In this document: in pieces, positions 18,930 through 29,062 of the stretch
Position numbering within the stretch: the stretch's first letter is position 1
Layout: every line of letters starts with the position of its first letter
Assembly (NCBI GenBank): GCA_002717485.1
Contig: PBDW01000020.1
Coordinates: forward strand, 2,802-66,801
Origin: Pelagibacteraceae bacterium
GTDB taxonomy: Bacteria; Pseudomonadota; Alphaproteobacteria; HIMB59; GCA-002718135
Direction of reading: 5' to 3'
Length of the DNA stretch: 64,000 nt
Position numbers and translations under genes: made by a program
Notes under the pieces: model-generated
What the model was told of the DNA's origin: nothing
The model's database searches: none
What the model saw: the letters and a program-made list of their open reading frames with translations, nothing else

Positions 18930-20693
18930 ATGTCTAAAAGAATTCTTATTGATTCAACACTTGAAAACGAAACACGAATTGCACTCATTAACAATGAGGA
19001 CCTAGAAGAGTATGAAATTGAAAAAACTGACTCTCAAAGAATAAAAAGCAATATTTATCTTGCAAAAATATCAAGGGTTGAGGCTTCTTTACAAGCAGCC
19101 TTTGTAGATTTTGGAGGTAATAGGCACGGATTTCTTCCATTTACTGAAATACATCCTGATTATTTTAAAATTCCAGTTTCTGATCAAAAAAAACTTAAAG
19201 ATATTGCTTCAATAGAACAACAGGATATTGATAGAGATTCAGAATCAGATCAAAATTCAGAAGAAGAAGTTAATAATGAAAAAACTAACGGTGAAAGTAA
19301 TGGCAGCAATCAAGTCAAAGATAAACTGCCAGATAAGAAAAGATTATTTTCAAATTTTTTTAGAAAATATAAAATACAAGAAGTTATTAAGCCTCATCAG
19401 GTTATTTTAGTGCAAATAAGCAAGGAAGAAAGAGGTTTAAAAGGGGCAGCTTTAACCACTTATCTCTCATTAGCAGGCAGGTATTGTGTTTTGATGCCTA
19501 ATAATAATAGCAATGTTGGGATTTCAAGAAAAATACAAGATCAGTCAGAAAGAAAAAAATTAAAGGATATTTTGGAATCAATAGGTATTCCAAATGGTAT
19601 GTCAGTAATTATTAGAACAGCTGGCGTAGGAAAGCTTAAAAAAGAAATTGGTAAAGATTTCGATTTTTTAATAAATCAATGGAATAAAATAAGAGATTTA
19701 ACCTTAAAATCTAATGCACCTACTTTAATTTATGAAGAAGGCAACGTCATTAAAAGAACTATACGTGATTTATACAATAAAGAAATATCCTCTATAACTA
19801 TTTCTGGCAAGACAGGTTATGATATTGCAAAAAAATATATGAAAGAACTTCTTCCCACCCAAACAGGGAAGTTAAAGATTCATAAAGATGTAAAAGAAAA
19901 CCTATTTTCAAAATATAAATTGGAAAAACAAATAGATGAATTATATAAATCTAACATTAAGCTATCTTCAGGTGGCTCAATTGTAATTAACTCTACTGAG
20001 GCGCTAGTTGCTATAGACGTTAATTCAGGAAAGGCAACACAACAAAGAAATATTGAAAATACAGCTTTAAATACTAACCTTGAGGCAGCAACTGAGATAG
20101 CAAAACAATTAAGATTGAGGGATTTAGCGGGGTTAATAGTAATTGATTTTATTGATATGGAGGATCATAGGAATAATTTTAAAGTTGAAAAATGTCTGCG
20201 CCAAGCAACAAGTACTGATAGAGCTAGAATTCAAATAGGCAGAATTAGTCCCTTTGGGTTATTAGAATTATCGCGCCAAAGATTAAGAACAAGCTTTGTA
20301 GAACAGTCTTTTATAAAATGTGAACTTTGTGGAGGAAGTGGTGTAATAAGAAATACAAATTCATTAACTGAGCAATTATTTAAGGTACTGATGGAATTTT
20401 GCGATACAAATAGAGGTAAATCAATCAGTATAAAATGCAATTCAAAATTAGCAGACGATATTCTCAATAAGAAAAAAGCTGCTATTATTGAAATGGAGAA
20501 GGACTTTGAATGTAAGTTAGTCTTTGAATTTAATAGTCACTTTCTAATAAATGAACCGCAAATATCGATTTTAGAATTGAGTGAAAATAAAGTCAATACT
20601 TTGAGTAAAAATGAAAAACAAAACAAAATAACAAAGAAAAAGAAAAGTATTAAGAAAAGAATTAAAATTAGGAAGGGACAAGCCAAGACATAA
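18930..20693 (+). CDS. rne: ribonuclease E/G-family endoribonuclease (short form)
   Basis: S1 domain (NIYLAKISRVEASLQAAFVDFG), DNase-I-like core (AIDVNSGK, IVIDFIDM) and a Zn-link-like CELCGGSG. There is an acidic insert in the S1 region and a Lys-rich tail, but no long scaffold domain. Confidence 0.9.
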   Translation: MSKRILIDSTLENETRIALINNEDLEEYEIEKTDSQRIKSNIYLAKISRVEASLQAAFVDFGGNRHGFLPFTEIHPDYFKIPVSDQKKLKDIASIEQQDIDRDSESDQNSEEEVNNEKTNGESNGSNQVKDKLPDKKRLFSNFFRKYKIQEVIKPHQVILVQISKEERGLKGAALTTYLSLAGRYCVLMPNNNSNVGISRKIQDQSERKKLKDILESIGIPNGMSVIIRTAGVGKLKKEIGKDFDFLINQWNKIRDLTLKSNAPTLIYEEGNVIKRTIRDLYNKEISSITISGKTGYDIAKKYMKELLPTQTGKLKIHKDVKENLFSKYKLEKQIDELYKSNIKLSSGGSIVINSTEALVAIDVNSGKATQQRNIENTALNTNLEAATEIAKQLRLRDLAGLIVIDFIDMEDHRNNFKVEKCLRQATSTDRARIQIGRISPFGLLELSRQRLRTSFVEQSFIKCELCGGSGVIRNTNSLTEQLFKVLMEFCDTNRGKSISIKCNSKLADDILNKKKAAIIEMEKDFECKLVFEFNSHFLINEPQISILELSENKVNTLSKNEKQNKITKKKKSIKKRIKIRKGQAKT

Positions 20694-20757
20694 GATTATA
20701 ATCAAAAAATATTTGAAATTCAGTTATATAGATTGAAAAAACGAATAATTAGATAAA

Positions 20758-22107
20758 GTGAATATAATAAAAAAAGTAACAAAATATTTTATAGTCTTAT
20801 TAATTTTCATAATATTAATTTACTCAAAGCTTGGATATTCAAAAAAGAAACAAACAATTTTAATAAATGATTATGAAATAGAAAAATTTATTAATGAATT
20901 AATTTATCCAATTGTTAATTCATCTAACTTAAATTTAAAAGAACCGTATTTTTTACTTACCTTAGATAAAACCCCAAATGCTTACACAAATGAAACAGAG
21001 CAGTTGTTTATTAATACTGGATTAATTACCTTTATAAAAAATCCAGAATCACTTATCGGAGTTATTGCGCATGAAATAGCTCATATAACAGCCAGACATG
21101 TGAGTAAAAGACGTTCAAATATTGATAAAAAAAAGGAGTGGTTTGAAATATCCAATGTTTTATCTCTGTCAGCGGCAGTTTTAGCAAAAAATTCAGATAT
21201 ATTTCTAGGTTCTAATCTAGCTTCAAGCCAACTAATAAAAACTAATATCAGTCAGTATTCAAAAAACCAAGAAAGAGAAGCTGACAAAATTGCTATAGAA
21301 TACCTAGAAAGAGCACAGATTACAACATCGGGGTTATTGGATTTATTAGAGTCTTTGCAAATAGCAAATGAAAAAAAGGGCATAAAGGCTGATAAATTTA
21401 ATAATTTAACGCACCCATTTAAATCTGAAAGAATTGCTTATATAAAAAAATTTCGAAGAAATTTAAAACACAATAGTTCATTTTATAATAAAAAAATCCA
21501 TGAAAGATTTAGATTTATTAAAGCCAAAATTATTGGTTATACTTATGAATTGGAAGATGTTAAATCTATATATAGCAAAAATAATTCGGTTGAAAAAAAA
21601 TATGCTCTTTCAATTGCGTATGCAAGGAATGGATTTATAAATAAATCTATAGAAAATATAAACGATCTGATTATTAAATTTCCAAATAATCCGTATTTTT
21701 ACGAAACTAAAGGTGAAATACTTCTAAACTTTGGTTATGTTAGTGAATCAAATCAGTTCTTTAAGAAATCATTAAATATTGATGAATCAAATGATTACAT
21801 AAGACTAAAATTAATCAAGAATTTATCAAAAAATATTAAAAATGAAGATGATGCTGAAAAAATTATGATTCAAATTAGTAAATTTAAATTGGATATATGG
21901 AAAAATAATGAAATACTTAACCTGCAATTAAAAATAAGTGAATATCTAAATCAGGAGGATTTATTCTACGAGTCCCTAGCATACATTGAAATAAAAAAAG
22001 GGAATCTAGATTTAGCAAAAAAATATTTTGAATATGTTATAGAAATAACCGACAATAGAGAAAGGGCAGAATCATCTAAAAAAAATTTAGATTTATTAAA
22101 TAAATGA
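20758..22107 (+). CDS. M48-family Zn metalloprotease with C-terminal TPR-like region (BepA-like)
   Basis: HEIAH zinc motif (GVIAHEIAHITARH), downstream READKIA, an N-terminal signal/anchor and a helical-repeat C-terminal half. GTG start. Confidence 0.8.
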   Translation: MNIIKKVTKYFIVLLIFIILIYSKLGYSKKKQTILINDYEIEKFINELIYPIVNSSNLNLKEPYFLLTLDKTPNAYTNETEQLFINTGLITFIKNPESLIGVIAHEIAHITARHVSKRRSNIDKKKEWFEISNVLSLSAAVLAKNSDIFLGSNLASSQLIKTNISQYSKNQEREADKIAIEYLERAQITTSGLLDLLESLQIANEKKGIKADKFNNLTHPFKSERIAYIKKFRRNLKHNSSFYNKKIHERFRFIKAKIIGYTYELEDVKSIYSKNNSVEKKYALSIAYARNGFINKSIENINDLIIKFPNNPYFYETKGEILLNFGYVSESNQFFKKSLNIDESNDYIRLKLIKNLSKNIKNEDDAEKIMIQISKFKLDIWKNNEILNLQLKISEYLNQEDLFYESLAYIEIKKGNLDLAKKYFEYVIEITDNRERAESSKKNLDLLNK

Positions 22108-23204
22108 AAAAGAAAGAGATAAAAAATGGAGCCTTGGCATATCAGAATTATAAATTTCTTATAGAAAATAATATTATTAATTCTAATAATAGAATACCTG
22201 ATGAATCAATTCAGCCTGCAAGTATAGATTTAAGACTAGGTAATTTTGCATATAGAGTGTCATCAAGTTTTTTAACAATAAACAAAACTGTAGAAGATAG
22301 AATAAAAAATTTTATCATTGATAAGATTGACATATCTCAAGGTCATTTATTTAAAAAAAATCAGATTTATATTGTTGAAGTGCAAGAAAGTCTTAACTTA
22401 GATTCTAAGCTATCTGGAAAATGCAACCCAAAAAGTTCTACTGGAAGATTGGATATTTTAAGTAGAGTGATTTCTGACTATAGTTCAGAGTATGAAGTAA
22501 TTAAGCCTGGTTACAAAGGAAAAATTTACCTCGAAATTACAAGCAAAACATTTAACATAGTCTTTACAGAAGGTGATAAGTTAAGCCAATTAAGATTAAG
22601 AAAAAATAATATTGTTACAACAAATGATAGGGAGTTAATAGGGTTACATAAGTTAAGTCCATTATTATATAATAAAAATCATAAAGCAATTAAACCGTTA
22701 ATTAATAATGGATTAAAAATAACAGCAGCTGTTTTCAATGATGATGAACCAATCGCATATAAGGCAAAAAAAGATTCTCCAGAAATATTTTTTAATAAGT
22801 TAAGATTTCATAATAAAAAGGATTACTGGGTATCGATCAATAAAACCAAAAAAAACTCTCTTATAATAGAGCCTAATGAATTTTATATATTGAAGTCCAA
22901 AGAAAAAATTAAAATCTCCAGAAATTTAGCGGCAGAAATGATCCCGTATGACTCAGAAATTGGAGAGTTTAGAGCTCATTACGCTGGTTTTTTTGACCCT
23001 GGTTTCGGAAATGAAATGAAGGGAAGTCACGCAGTTTTAGAAATTAAAACCTATGAGGTGCCGTTTGCTGTAGAAGATGGGCAGATTATTGCAAGATTAA
23101 TTTTTGAAAAACTTGCGGAAGAACCAACTAAAATATATGGTGAAGGTATAAAATCTAATTATCAGAACCAAGGACTTGCCCTAAGTAAGCACTTCAGGGT
23201 ATGA
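22104..23204 (+). CDS. dcd: 2'-deoxycytidine 5'-triphosphate deaminase, long (about 360 aa) form
   Basis: 366 aa with duplicated dUTPase-like fold blocks (QPASIDLRLG, KSSTGRLDIL, FRAHYAGFFDPGFG). This matches the long DCD family as I remember it from alphaproteobacteria. Confidence 0.8.
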   Translation: MKKKEIKNGALAYQNYKFLIENNIINSNNRIPDESIQPASIDLRLGNFAYRVSSSFLTINKTVEDRIKNFIIDKIDISQGHLFKKNQIYIVEVQESLNLDSKLSGKCNPKSSTGRLDILSRVISDYSSEYEVIKPGYKGKIYLEITSKTFNIVFTEGDKLSQLRLRKNNIVTTNDRELIGLHKLSPLLYNKNHKAIKPLINNGLKITAAVFNDDEPIAYKAKKDSPEIFFNKLRFHNKKDYWVSINKTKKNSLIIEPNEFYILKSKEKIKISRNLAAEMIPYDSEIGEFRAHYAGFFDPGFGNEMKGSHAVLEIKTYEVPFAVEDGQIIARLIFEKLAEEPTKIYGEGIKSNYQNQGLALSKHFRV

Positions 23205-23212
23205 GATAATAA

Positions 23213-23659
23213 ATGAAAGAAGTATTGTTAATTAATGGCCCAAATCTGAACCTACTCGGCAAAAGAGAAGTAGATGTTTATGGTGAAACTGATTTAGAGG
23301 AAATAAAAAATAAAAGTATTGAAAAAGGAAATTTATTAAAAATAAAAATAGATTTTAGACAAACCAATAGTGAGGGTGAAATTATAAATTGGATACATGA
23401 GGTGAATGAAAAATTTGACGGTCTTATAATGAATCCAGCTGGATATACGCATACATCAATATCAATTTTGGACTCTCTCAAATCAGTAAAAAAACCAAAA
23501 GTAGAGCTACATTTGTCCAACATATACAATCGAGAAGAATATAGAAAAAAGTCACTAACAAGTGAAGGGGTTCACGGAATAATTTCAGGTTTTGGAGTAA
23601 ATAGCTATATTTTAGCTATAGAAGCAATTAACGAACTTATAAAAAACTCAATCAGATGA
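23213..23659 (+). CDS. aroQ: type II 3-dehydroquinate dehydratase
   Basis: LINGPNLNLLGKREVDVYG and IMNPAGYTHTSISILD signatures. Confidence 0.95.
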   Translation: MKEVLLINGPNLNLLGKREVDVYGETDLEEIKNKSIEKGNLLKIKIDFRQTNSEGEIINWIHEVNEKFDGLIMNPAGYTHTSISILDSLKSVKKPKVELHLSNIYNREEYRKKSLTSEGVHGIISGFGVNSYILAIEAINELIKNSIR

Positions 23660-24075
23660 TGTCTGTAATTGAAGTTCCTGTATTACTACCTGTCGCAGGA
23701 ATAATTATATTCATTCTATTTGGATATCTTTTAATTAAAATTTTAAATGAAATTAAATCACTTAAGGGTCAAAGATTATCAAACTTAGATTATAATGATA
23801 AAGCAGATAAAAATATTAAAAAAATTGAAGAAATACCGGAACAAAATTTAATTAAGTCGCCAATGGTTGGTGTTGTTTATCTTTCTTCGAGTCCTGATAA
23901 ACCACCATTTGTAAAAATAGATGACCATATCAAGCAGGGCCAGGTTTTATTTCTTATTGAAGCAATGAAAACATTTAATGAAATCAGAGCACCAAGATCA
24001 GGTGTAATAAAAGATATATTAGTATCCAATAACAAACCTGTTGAATTTGGAGAAAAATTGATAGTAATTGAGTAA
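23656..24075 (+). CDS. accB: acetyl-CoA carboxylase biotin carboxyl carrier protein (atypical N-terminus)
   Basis: The C-terminal biotinyl domain has EAMKTFNEI (biotin-Lys context). It sits in the aroQ-accB-accC position and its start overlaps the aroQ stop (ATGA). The N-terminal about 30 aa are strongly hydrophobic. Confidence 0.85.
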   Translation: MMSVIEVPVLLPVAGIIIFILFGYLLIKILNEIKSLKGQRLSNLDYNDKADKNIKKIEEIPEQNLIKSPMVGVVYLSSSPDKPPFVKIDDHIKQGQVLFLIEAMKTFNEIRAPRSGVIKDILVSNNKPVEFGEKLIVIE

Positions 24076-25403
24076 TGTTTAAGAAAGTTCTTATAGCAAA
24101 TAGAGGTGAGGTAGCTTTAAGAGTACTTAGAACGTGCAGAGAGTTAGGAATTGAAACAGTTGCGATACATTCTGAAGCTGATTCAGAAGCAATGCACGTT
24201 AAACTTGCAGATGAAAGCGTATGTATAGGCCCGCCACCAGTTTCGCAAAGTTATTTAAACATTCCTTCAATAATAACTGCTGCAACTATTACAAACACTG
24301 ACGCTATTCATCCTGGATATGGTTTTTTAAGCGAAAATGCAAGGTTTGCTGAAATAGTTGAAGAGCACGGGTACAAATTTATTGGTCCAAAATCAGAACA
24401 TATTAAGTTAATGGGAAATAAAATAAAAGCAAAAGAAACTATGTTGGCTAGCGGCGTTCAATCAATACCAGGAATAAACGAAATAGGTTCAATAAATCAA
24501 GTTAAGGATTTTGGAAAGGAATATGGTTATCCGTTGATTATTAAGGCAGTTAATGGAGGTGGGGGCAAAGGTATGAGAAAGATCTATGATGAAAAAGAGA
24601 TTGAAGACAGCATATCTTCAGCAAAAAAAGAATCTCTTAATGCTTTTGGAGATGATTCTGTATACTTAGAAAAACTACTTATTAACCCAAAACATATTGA
24701 GATCCAAATAATTGCTGACCAATACGGAAATGTAGTTCATTTGGGAGAAAGAGACTGTTCAGTTCAACGCAATCATCAAAAATTGATTGAAGAAAGTCCT
24801 AGCGTCACTTTATCCAAGGAAGAAAGAGAGCAGATTGGTTTGACATCTGTCAATGCAGTAAGAGCTATTAAATACGAAGGTTTGGGAACTTTAGAATTTT
24901 TATATGAAAATAATAAATTTTATTTTATGGAAATGAATACAAGGCTACAGGTTGAGCATCCTGTTACAGAGATGATAACTAATATTGATTTGGTTAAAGA
25001 ACAAATAAGAATCGCCGCAGGGGACAAAATGAAAATGCAACAAAATGAAATTGAAATAAACGGACATGCAATTGAATGTAGAATTAATGCGGAAAATCCT
25101 AAAACATTTATTCCATCTCCAGGAATGATAAATAGATATCACCAACCTGGAGGATTAGGGGTTAGGATAGAATCTGCAGTATACGAAGGTTATAAAATTC
25201 CATCTCATTATGACAGTATGATTGCCAAATTAATTACACACGGTGCTGACAGAGAAGAATGCATTTCAAGGATGAAAAGAGCTCTAGAGGAGTATGTGAT
25301 TATGGGCGTAGATAATACGATTCAACTTCATCAGGATATACTAAAAGAAAATAATTTTGTATCAGGAAAATATAATATTAATTTTATGAATGATATAAGA
25401 TAG
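24075..25403 (+). CDS. accC: acetyl-CoA carboxylase biotin carboxylase subunit
   Basis: MFKKVLIANRGEVALRVLRTCRELGI, ATP-grasp GGGGKGMR, EMNTRLQVEHPVTE. Confidence 0.97.
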   Translation: MFKKVLIANRGEVALRVLRTCRELGIETVAIHSEADSEAMHVKLADESVCIGPPPVSQSYLNIPSIITAATITNTDAIHPGYGFLSENARFAEIVEEHGYKFIGPKSEHIKLMGNKIKAKETMLASGVQSIPGINEIGSINQVKDFGKEYGYPLIIKAVNGGGGKGMRKIYDEKEIEDSISSAKKESLNAFGDDSVYLEKLLINPKHIEIQIIADQYGNVVHLGERDCSVQRNHQKLIEESPSVTLSKEEREQIGLTSVNAVRAIKYEGLGTLEFLYENNKFYFMEMNTRLQVEHPVTEMITNIDLVKEQIRIAAGDKMKMQQNEIEINGHAIECRINAENPKTFIPSPGMINRYHQPGGLGVRIESAVYEGYKIPSHYDSMIAKLITHGADREECISRMKRALEEYVIMGVDNTIQLHQDILKENNFVSGKYNINFMNDIR

Positions 25404-25420
25404 TCAGATCTTTTATTATA

Positions 25421-25810
25421 TTAATTTATAAAACAGTTTTCTAACCAGATATCATAAACCGGATGCTCTAAAGCAGATAAAGACGGACTTGAAGACAGCA
25501 TCCAACCTGAAAAAACAATTTTTGGTTTCTGATCATCTACATAGTCAAATATTTGCAATAGGACAAAATCCTCTGGCAATTCTTCTGGAGGTCTTTTTTG
25601 ACATTGAAAGATTTCTATCCTTAATGAACCGAAGGTACCTGTATCTCCTACATTAATATCAAATTCTGAGAATTTTGCTGTAATTTTATCTAAAGCACCA
25701 ATTGTAACTGTATTGCCGTTAATATTTTCAGCAAGACTGAAAATTGGAATAAAATTAAAAAAAATTATTATTATAAATAGCTTAATTCTATTTGGGTTTC
25801 CAAGATTCAT
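25421..25810 (-). CDS. DUF2155-family periplasmic protein
   Basis: 129 aa with a signal peptide and a LDKITAK...FGSLRIEIFQC...PEE core. It pairs with NDUFA12 as I remember from alphaproteobacteria. Confidence 0.75.
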   Translation of the reverse strand: MNLGNPNRIKLFIIIIFFNFIPIFSLAENINGNTVTIGALDKITAKFSEFDINVGDTGTFGSLRIEIFQCQKRPPEELPEDFVLLQIFDYVDDQKPKIVFSGWMLSSSPSLSALEHPVYDIWLENCFIN

Positions 25811-26144
25811 AATCTGGTTTTGGTTTAAGATTTTTATCAGATTTGCTCAAAGGGTGAGAACTTGGATAATATGCTTCAGAGGTTCCAGTAAGATTACCTG
25901 TATTGTCTTTTTGCCATATATAACTATGTTCATAATTTAGAGGCGGCTCATCTGTCATCTTATGGAGCCAAGCATGCCAATGTGGCGGAATTCTGGATGC
26001 TTCAACCTCGCCATTAAATATTACCCATCTTTTAGATTTTTTTAATTTATAATTTCTTTTGTTGGAATAATACTTATTTCCATCCTTATCCTTTCCAACA
26101 TATTGTCCAGTTAGCCAAGTGTATATTAATGTACCAATATTCAT
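25788..26144 (-). CDS. NDUFA12-family (complex I accessory-like) protein
   Basis: GTLIYTWLTGQYVGKDKDGNKYY...RWVIFNG...EASRIPPHWHAWLH matches the NDUFA12 pattern. Confidence 0.85.
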   Translation of the reverse strand: MNIGTLIYTWLTGQYVGKDKDGNKYYSNKRNYKLKKSKRWVIFNGEVEASRIPPHWHAWLHKMTDEPPLNYEHSYIWQKDNTGNLTGTSEAYYPSSHPLSKSDKNLKPKPDYESWKPK

Positions 26145-26164
26145 AAATTCTATTTTATTTATCG

Positions 26165-27211
26165 TTAATTACTTACTACTTTCCATTTAATTTTTTGTCC
26201 ACCCATAAAGTTTTTGATTTTAACATCTTTATTGCTAGTAAATTCAGGATTAATCCATTCCTCCTTTCTAAGAGTAATTTTACCATCATTGTAAGGAAGG
26301 TTATAAAAATTTGATCCGTTAAAAGAAGCAAATTTCTCCAAATTCTCTAAAGATCTTTCTTCTTCGAAAATTGAAGCATAAAGCTCTATAGCTACTGGAG
26401 AGGAGTAAATTCCTGGCTTAATATCATCTACATTTTCTTTATCTGTGATCGGATGTGGAGCTGAATCCGTACCTAGAAAAAACTTACTATTTCCTGAACA
26501 AGCATATTTGCGTAAAATCTTCAAATCTTCTTTATTTTTTACAACAGGCATACAAAAGTGGTGGGGATTTATGCCTCCATTAAAAACATCTTCTTTCGTA
26601 AGCATAAGATGATGCAATGTGACTGTTGCTGCTAAATTATCTTTACCATCAGCTATAAATTCAGCTCCGTAGGCAGAGGATACATGTTCAAGTACAATCT
26701 TTAAATTCTGAAATTTGTTTATAATTTTTTTAAGCTCAGTATCTATAAAATACTTTTCTCTATCAAAAATATCTATAGCGTCTCCAGTTCTTTCTCCATG
26801 TATAAGTAGCGGAGCATTATGATTTTCCAATATTTCTAATGCTGGAAAAATTTTCTCTATCTTCGTAACGCCATAAGCCGAATTTGTAGTTGTGTTTGTT
26901 GGGTATAATTTTGCTCCAAAAAAATATTTATTTTTAATGCCGATTAAAAAGTCTTCGAGATCCATCTCATCGGTTAAATAACATGGGACGTAAACTTCAA
27001 ATTTCTGTGGCTGTGATAGTAAAAGAATTTGTTTTTTATATTCTATTGCAACCCTCGAATTTGTGATAGGTACTTTTAAGTTTGGCATTGCGATACATCT
27101 CCCAAAAACTCTAGAAGAATCTTTATATACTGTTTCAAGCATTTTATTTTCTCTAAGATGTACGTGCCAATCGTCTGGCCTTGTTATCGATATCTGAAAA
27201 GTATTGCTCAT
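26165..27211 (-). CDS. pyrC: dihydroorotase (homodimeric type)
   Basis: PDDWHVHLR metal-binding motif, LEHVSS and GTDSAPH blocks; 348 aa. Confidence 0.92.
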   Translation of the reverse strand: MSNTFQISITRPDDWHVHLRENKMLETVYKDSSRVFGRCIAMPNLKVPITNSRVAIEYKKQILLLSQPQKFEVYVPCYLTDEMDLEDFLIGIKNKYFFGAKLYPTNTTTNSAYGVTKIEKIFPALEILENHNAPLLIHGERTGDAIDIFDREKYFIDTELKKIINKFQNLKIVLEHVSSAYGAEFIADGKDNLAATVTLHHLMLTKEDVFNGGINPHHFCMPVVKNKEDLKILRKYACSGNSKFFLGTDSAPHPITDKENVDDIKPGIYSSPVAIELYASIFEEERSLENLEKFASFNGSNFYNLPYNDGKITLRKEEWINPEFTSNKDVKIKNFMGGQKIKWKVVSN

Positions 27212-28140
27212 TAAATTATATTTTTTTTCATTATTAATTCAATTACTTGATCGACTGTGATGGAGCTCATTAAGCTTTTACTAGAATCTTTTAATTCCTT
27301 TCTGAGTTCAATAAAACTTTCTTTTGTCCTTAATACATAACATTTTTCACCATAAGGTCGATACCAATCGTCTCGAGTTGGTCCGAATAATCCAATAGTA
27401 TTTATTCCAGCAGCAGCAGAAAGATGCATTAATCCAGAATCATTTCCAATAAACGCTTTACATAATTCATAGCAAGCATAAGTAATATTTAAACTATTTC
27501 CCATAATATTTATTATTGAATCTTCAGAAATATTTTTAATAACTTTTTCAAAATATTTATCCTTCTCATTAGTGGATCCGGTTATTAAAAAATGAATTCT
27601 TTTTTGAGGGTAAAGTTTTTGTAAACTAATAATTAATTTATTATAATTTTCAGCAGGCCAAATCTTTGGGGGCCAATTACCGCCAGGTGCTATTGCGAAA
27701 ACTATTTTATTTTTTATTAAAGAATTTGCAATTTTCCTATCCTGATTATTGCAATATATTTTAGGACTTAATATTTGATTTAAATTTAAAAAATTCGATA
27801 ATTTTTCAACCTGAGTAATTGATTCATTGGTATTTCTAAAAATTTTTCGTTCCTTCGATAAGATAAAATAGCCCATAAAAGAGGAGCGTAAATCAATAAC
27901 AAGATTCCATTTTTTCTTTATTAATTGGATCCAAAGGTTGATCCAATGTAGATTATATTTCATTTTTTTTACAACAATAATTTTTTCTACATTTGGATAA
28001 TTTTCAAATAATTCTTTAGCTGTTGGTCCTGTGACTATTGTTATTTTTGAATCTTTGTTGTTTTGACATAAATATGATAGAATACCCGTAGATATGATTG
28101 AATCGCCAATTAAATTAGATGAAATGAAAAGTATCCTCAC
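27211..28140 (-). CDS. glycosyltransferase family 9 (heptosyltransferase-like)
   Basis: MRILFISSNLIGDS N-terminus and GNDSGLMHLSAAAG C-terminal motif typical of GT9. GTG start; 1-nt overlap with pyrC. Confidence 0.85.
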   Translation of the reverse strand: MRILFISSNLIGDSIISTGILSYLCQNNKDSKITIVTGPTAKELFENYPNVEKIIVVKKMKYNLHWINLWIQLIKKKWNLVIDLRSSFMGYFILSKERKIFRNTNESITQVEKLSNFLNLNQILSPKIYCNNQDRKIANSLIKNKIVFAIAPGGNWPPKIWPAENYNKLIISLQKLYPQKRIHFLITGSTNEKDKYFEKVIKNISEDSIINIMGNSLNITYACYELCKAFIGNDSGLMHLSAAAGINTIGLFGPTRDDWYRPYGEKCYVLRTKESFIELRKELKDSSKSLMSSITVDQVIELIMKKNII

Positions 28141-28192
28141 AAGCAGCCCTTATTATCTACAACATTACAATGAATATATATATTTATAAACA

Positions 28193-29062
28193 ATGACAAC
28201 TAACAAGTATGCTGAACTAAATGATAGTTCTTATTTTGAGATAGGTGGAAGTGAGAGAAATTCATTTTTACAAGGATTAATAACCAATGATATTAATAAA
28301 TGCACGGAAAATAAATCTATTTATTCTGCCTTTTTAAGCCCTCAAGGTAAATTTATCGCAGATTTCTTTATAATAAACTCAGGGAAAACTCTAATTTTCG
28401 AAACACATAAAAAATTTACCGATGAATTAATAAAAAAAATGAATTTTTATAAATTAAGATCAGATGTTTATATTAATAAAATTAACTCATACAGGTCAAT
28501 CGTGATTTATGAACAAAATAAAATATTTGATAAATTAATTTTAGCCGGAGATTTGCAAAAGATTGATTGGGGTTTTGTTTTTTTAGATCCAAGAAATAGT
28601 AATATGGGATTAAAAGCATCGGTAAAAATTGATATGTATAAAATATTTTGCGATCATTATAAATTAAAAAAATATGATATGAATGATTATGAAAAAAAAA
28701 GAATTGAATGCAATATTCCCGATTCTGCTTTAGATTTAAAAGTTAATAAATCTCTTCTATTAGAAAACAATTATGATTCCTTAAATGCTATAGACTGGGA
28801 TAAAGGATGTTACATTGGGCAGGAATTAACTGCAAGAATGAAATATCGGGCTCTGATTAAAAAATCTTTGATAAAAGTCAAGATTGTTGATGGATTTGTT
28901 AAACCTGATGATGAAGTGTATTACAATGATATAAGAATAGGAAACGTTACTTCAGTAAATAAAGATATTGGATTAGCAATGTTAAAATTAGAATATGTGC
29001 AAAATACTAAGAGTTTAGTCAAGATTTTTAAAACTACAAGTGGAAAAATTAAAGTTTATTAA
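28193..29062 (+). CDS. ygfZ: folate-binding YgfZ/CAF17-family protein
   Basis: GcvT-like fold with the diagnostic KGCYIGQELTARMKYR motif. Confidence 0.88.
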   Translation: MTTNKYAELNDSSYFEIGGSERNSFLQGLITNDINKCTENKSIYSAFLSPQGKFIADFFIINSGKTLIFETHKKFTDELIKKMNFYKLRSDVYINKINSYRSIVIYEQNKIFDKLILAGDLQKIDWGFVFLDPRNSNMGLKASVKIDMYKIFCDHYKLKKYDMNDYEKKRIECNIPDSALDLKVNKSLLLENNYDSLNAIDWDKGCYIGQELTARMKYRALIKKSLIKVKIVDGFVKPDDEVYYNDIRIGNVTSVNKDIGLAMLKLEYVQNTKSLVKIFKTTSGKIKVY

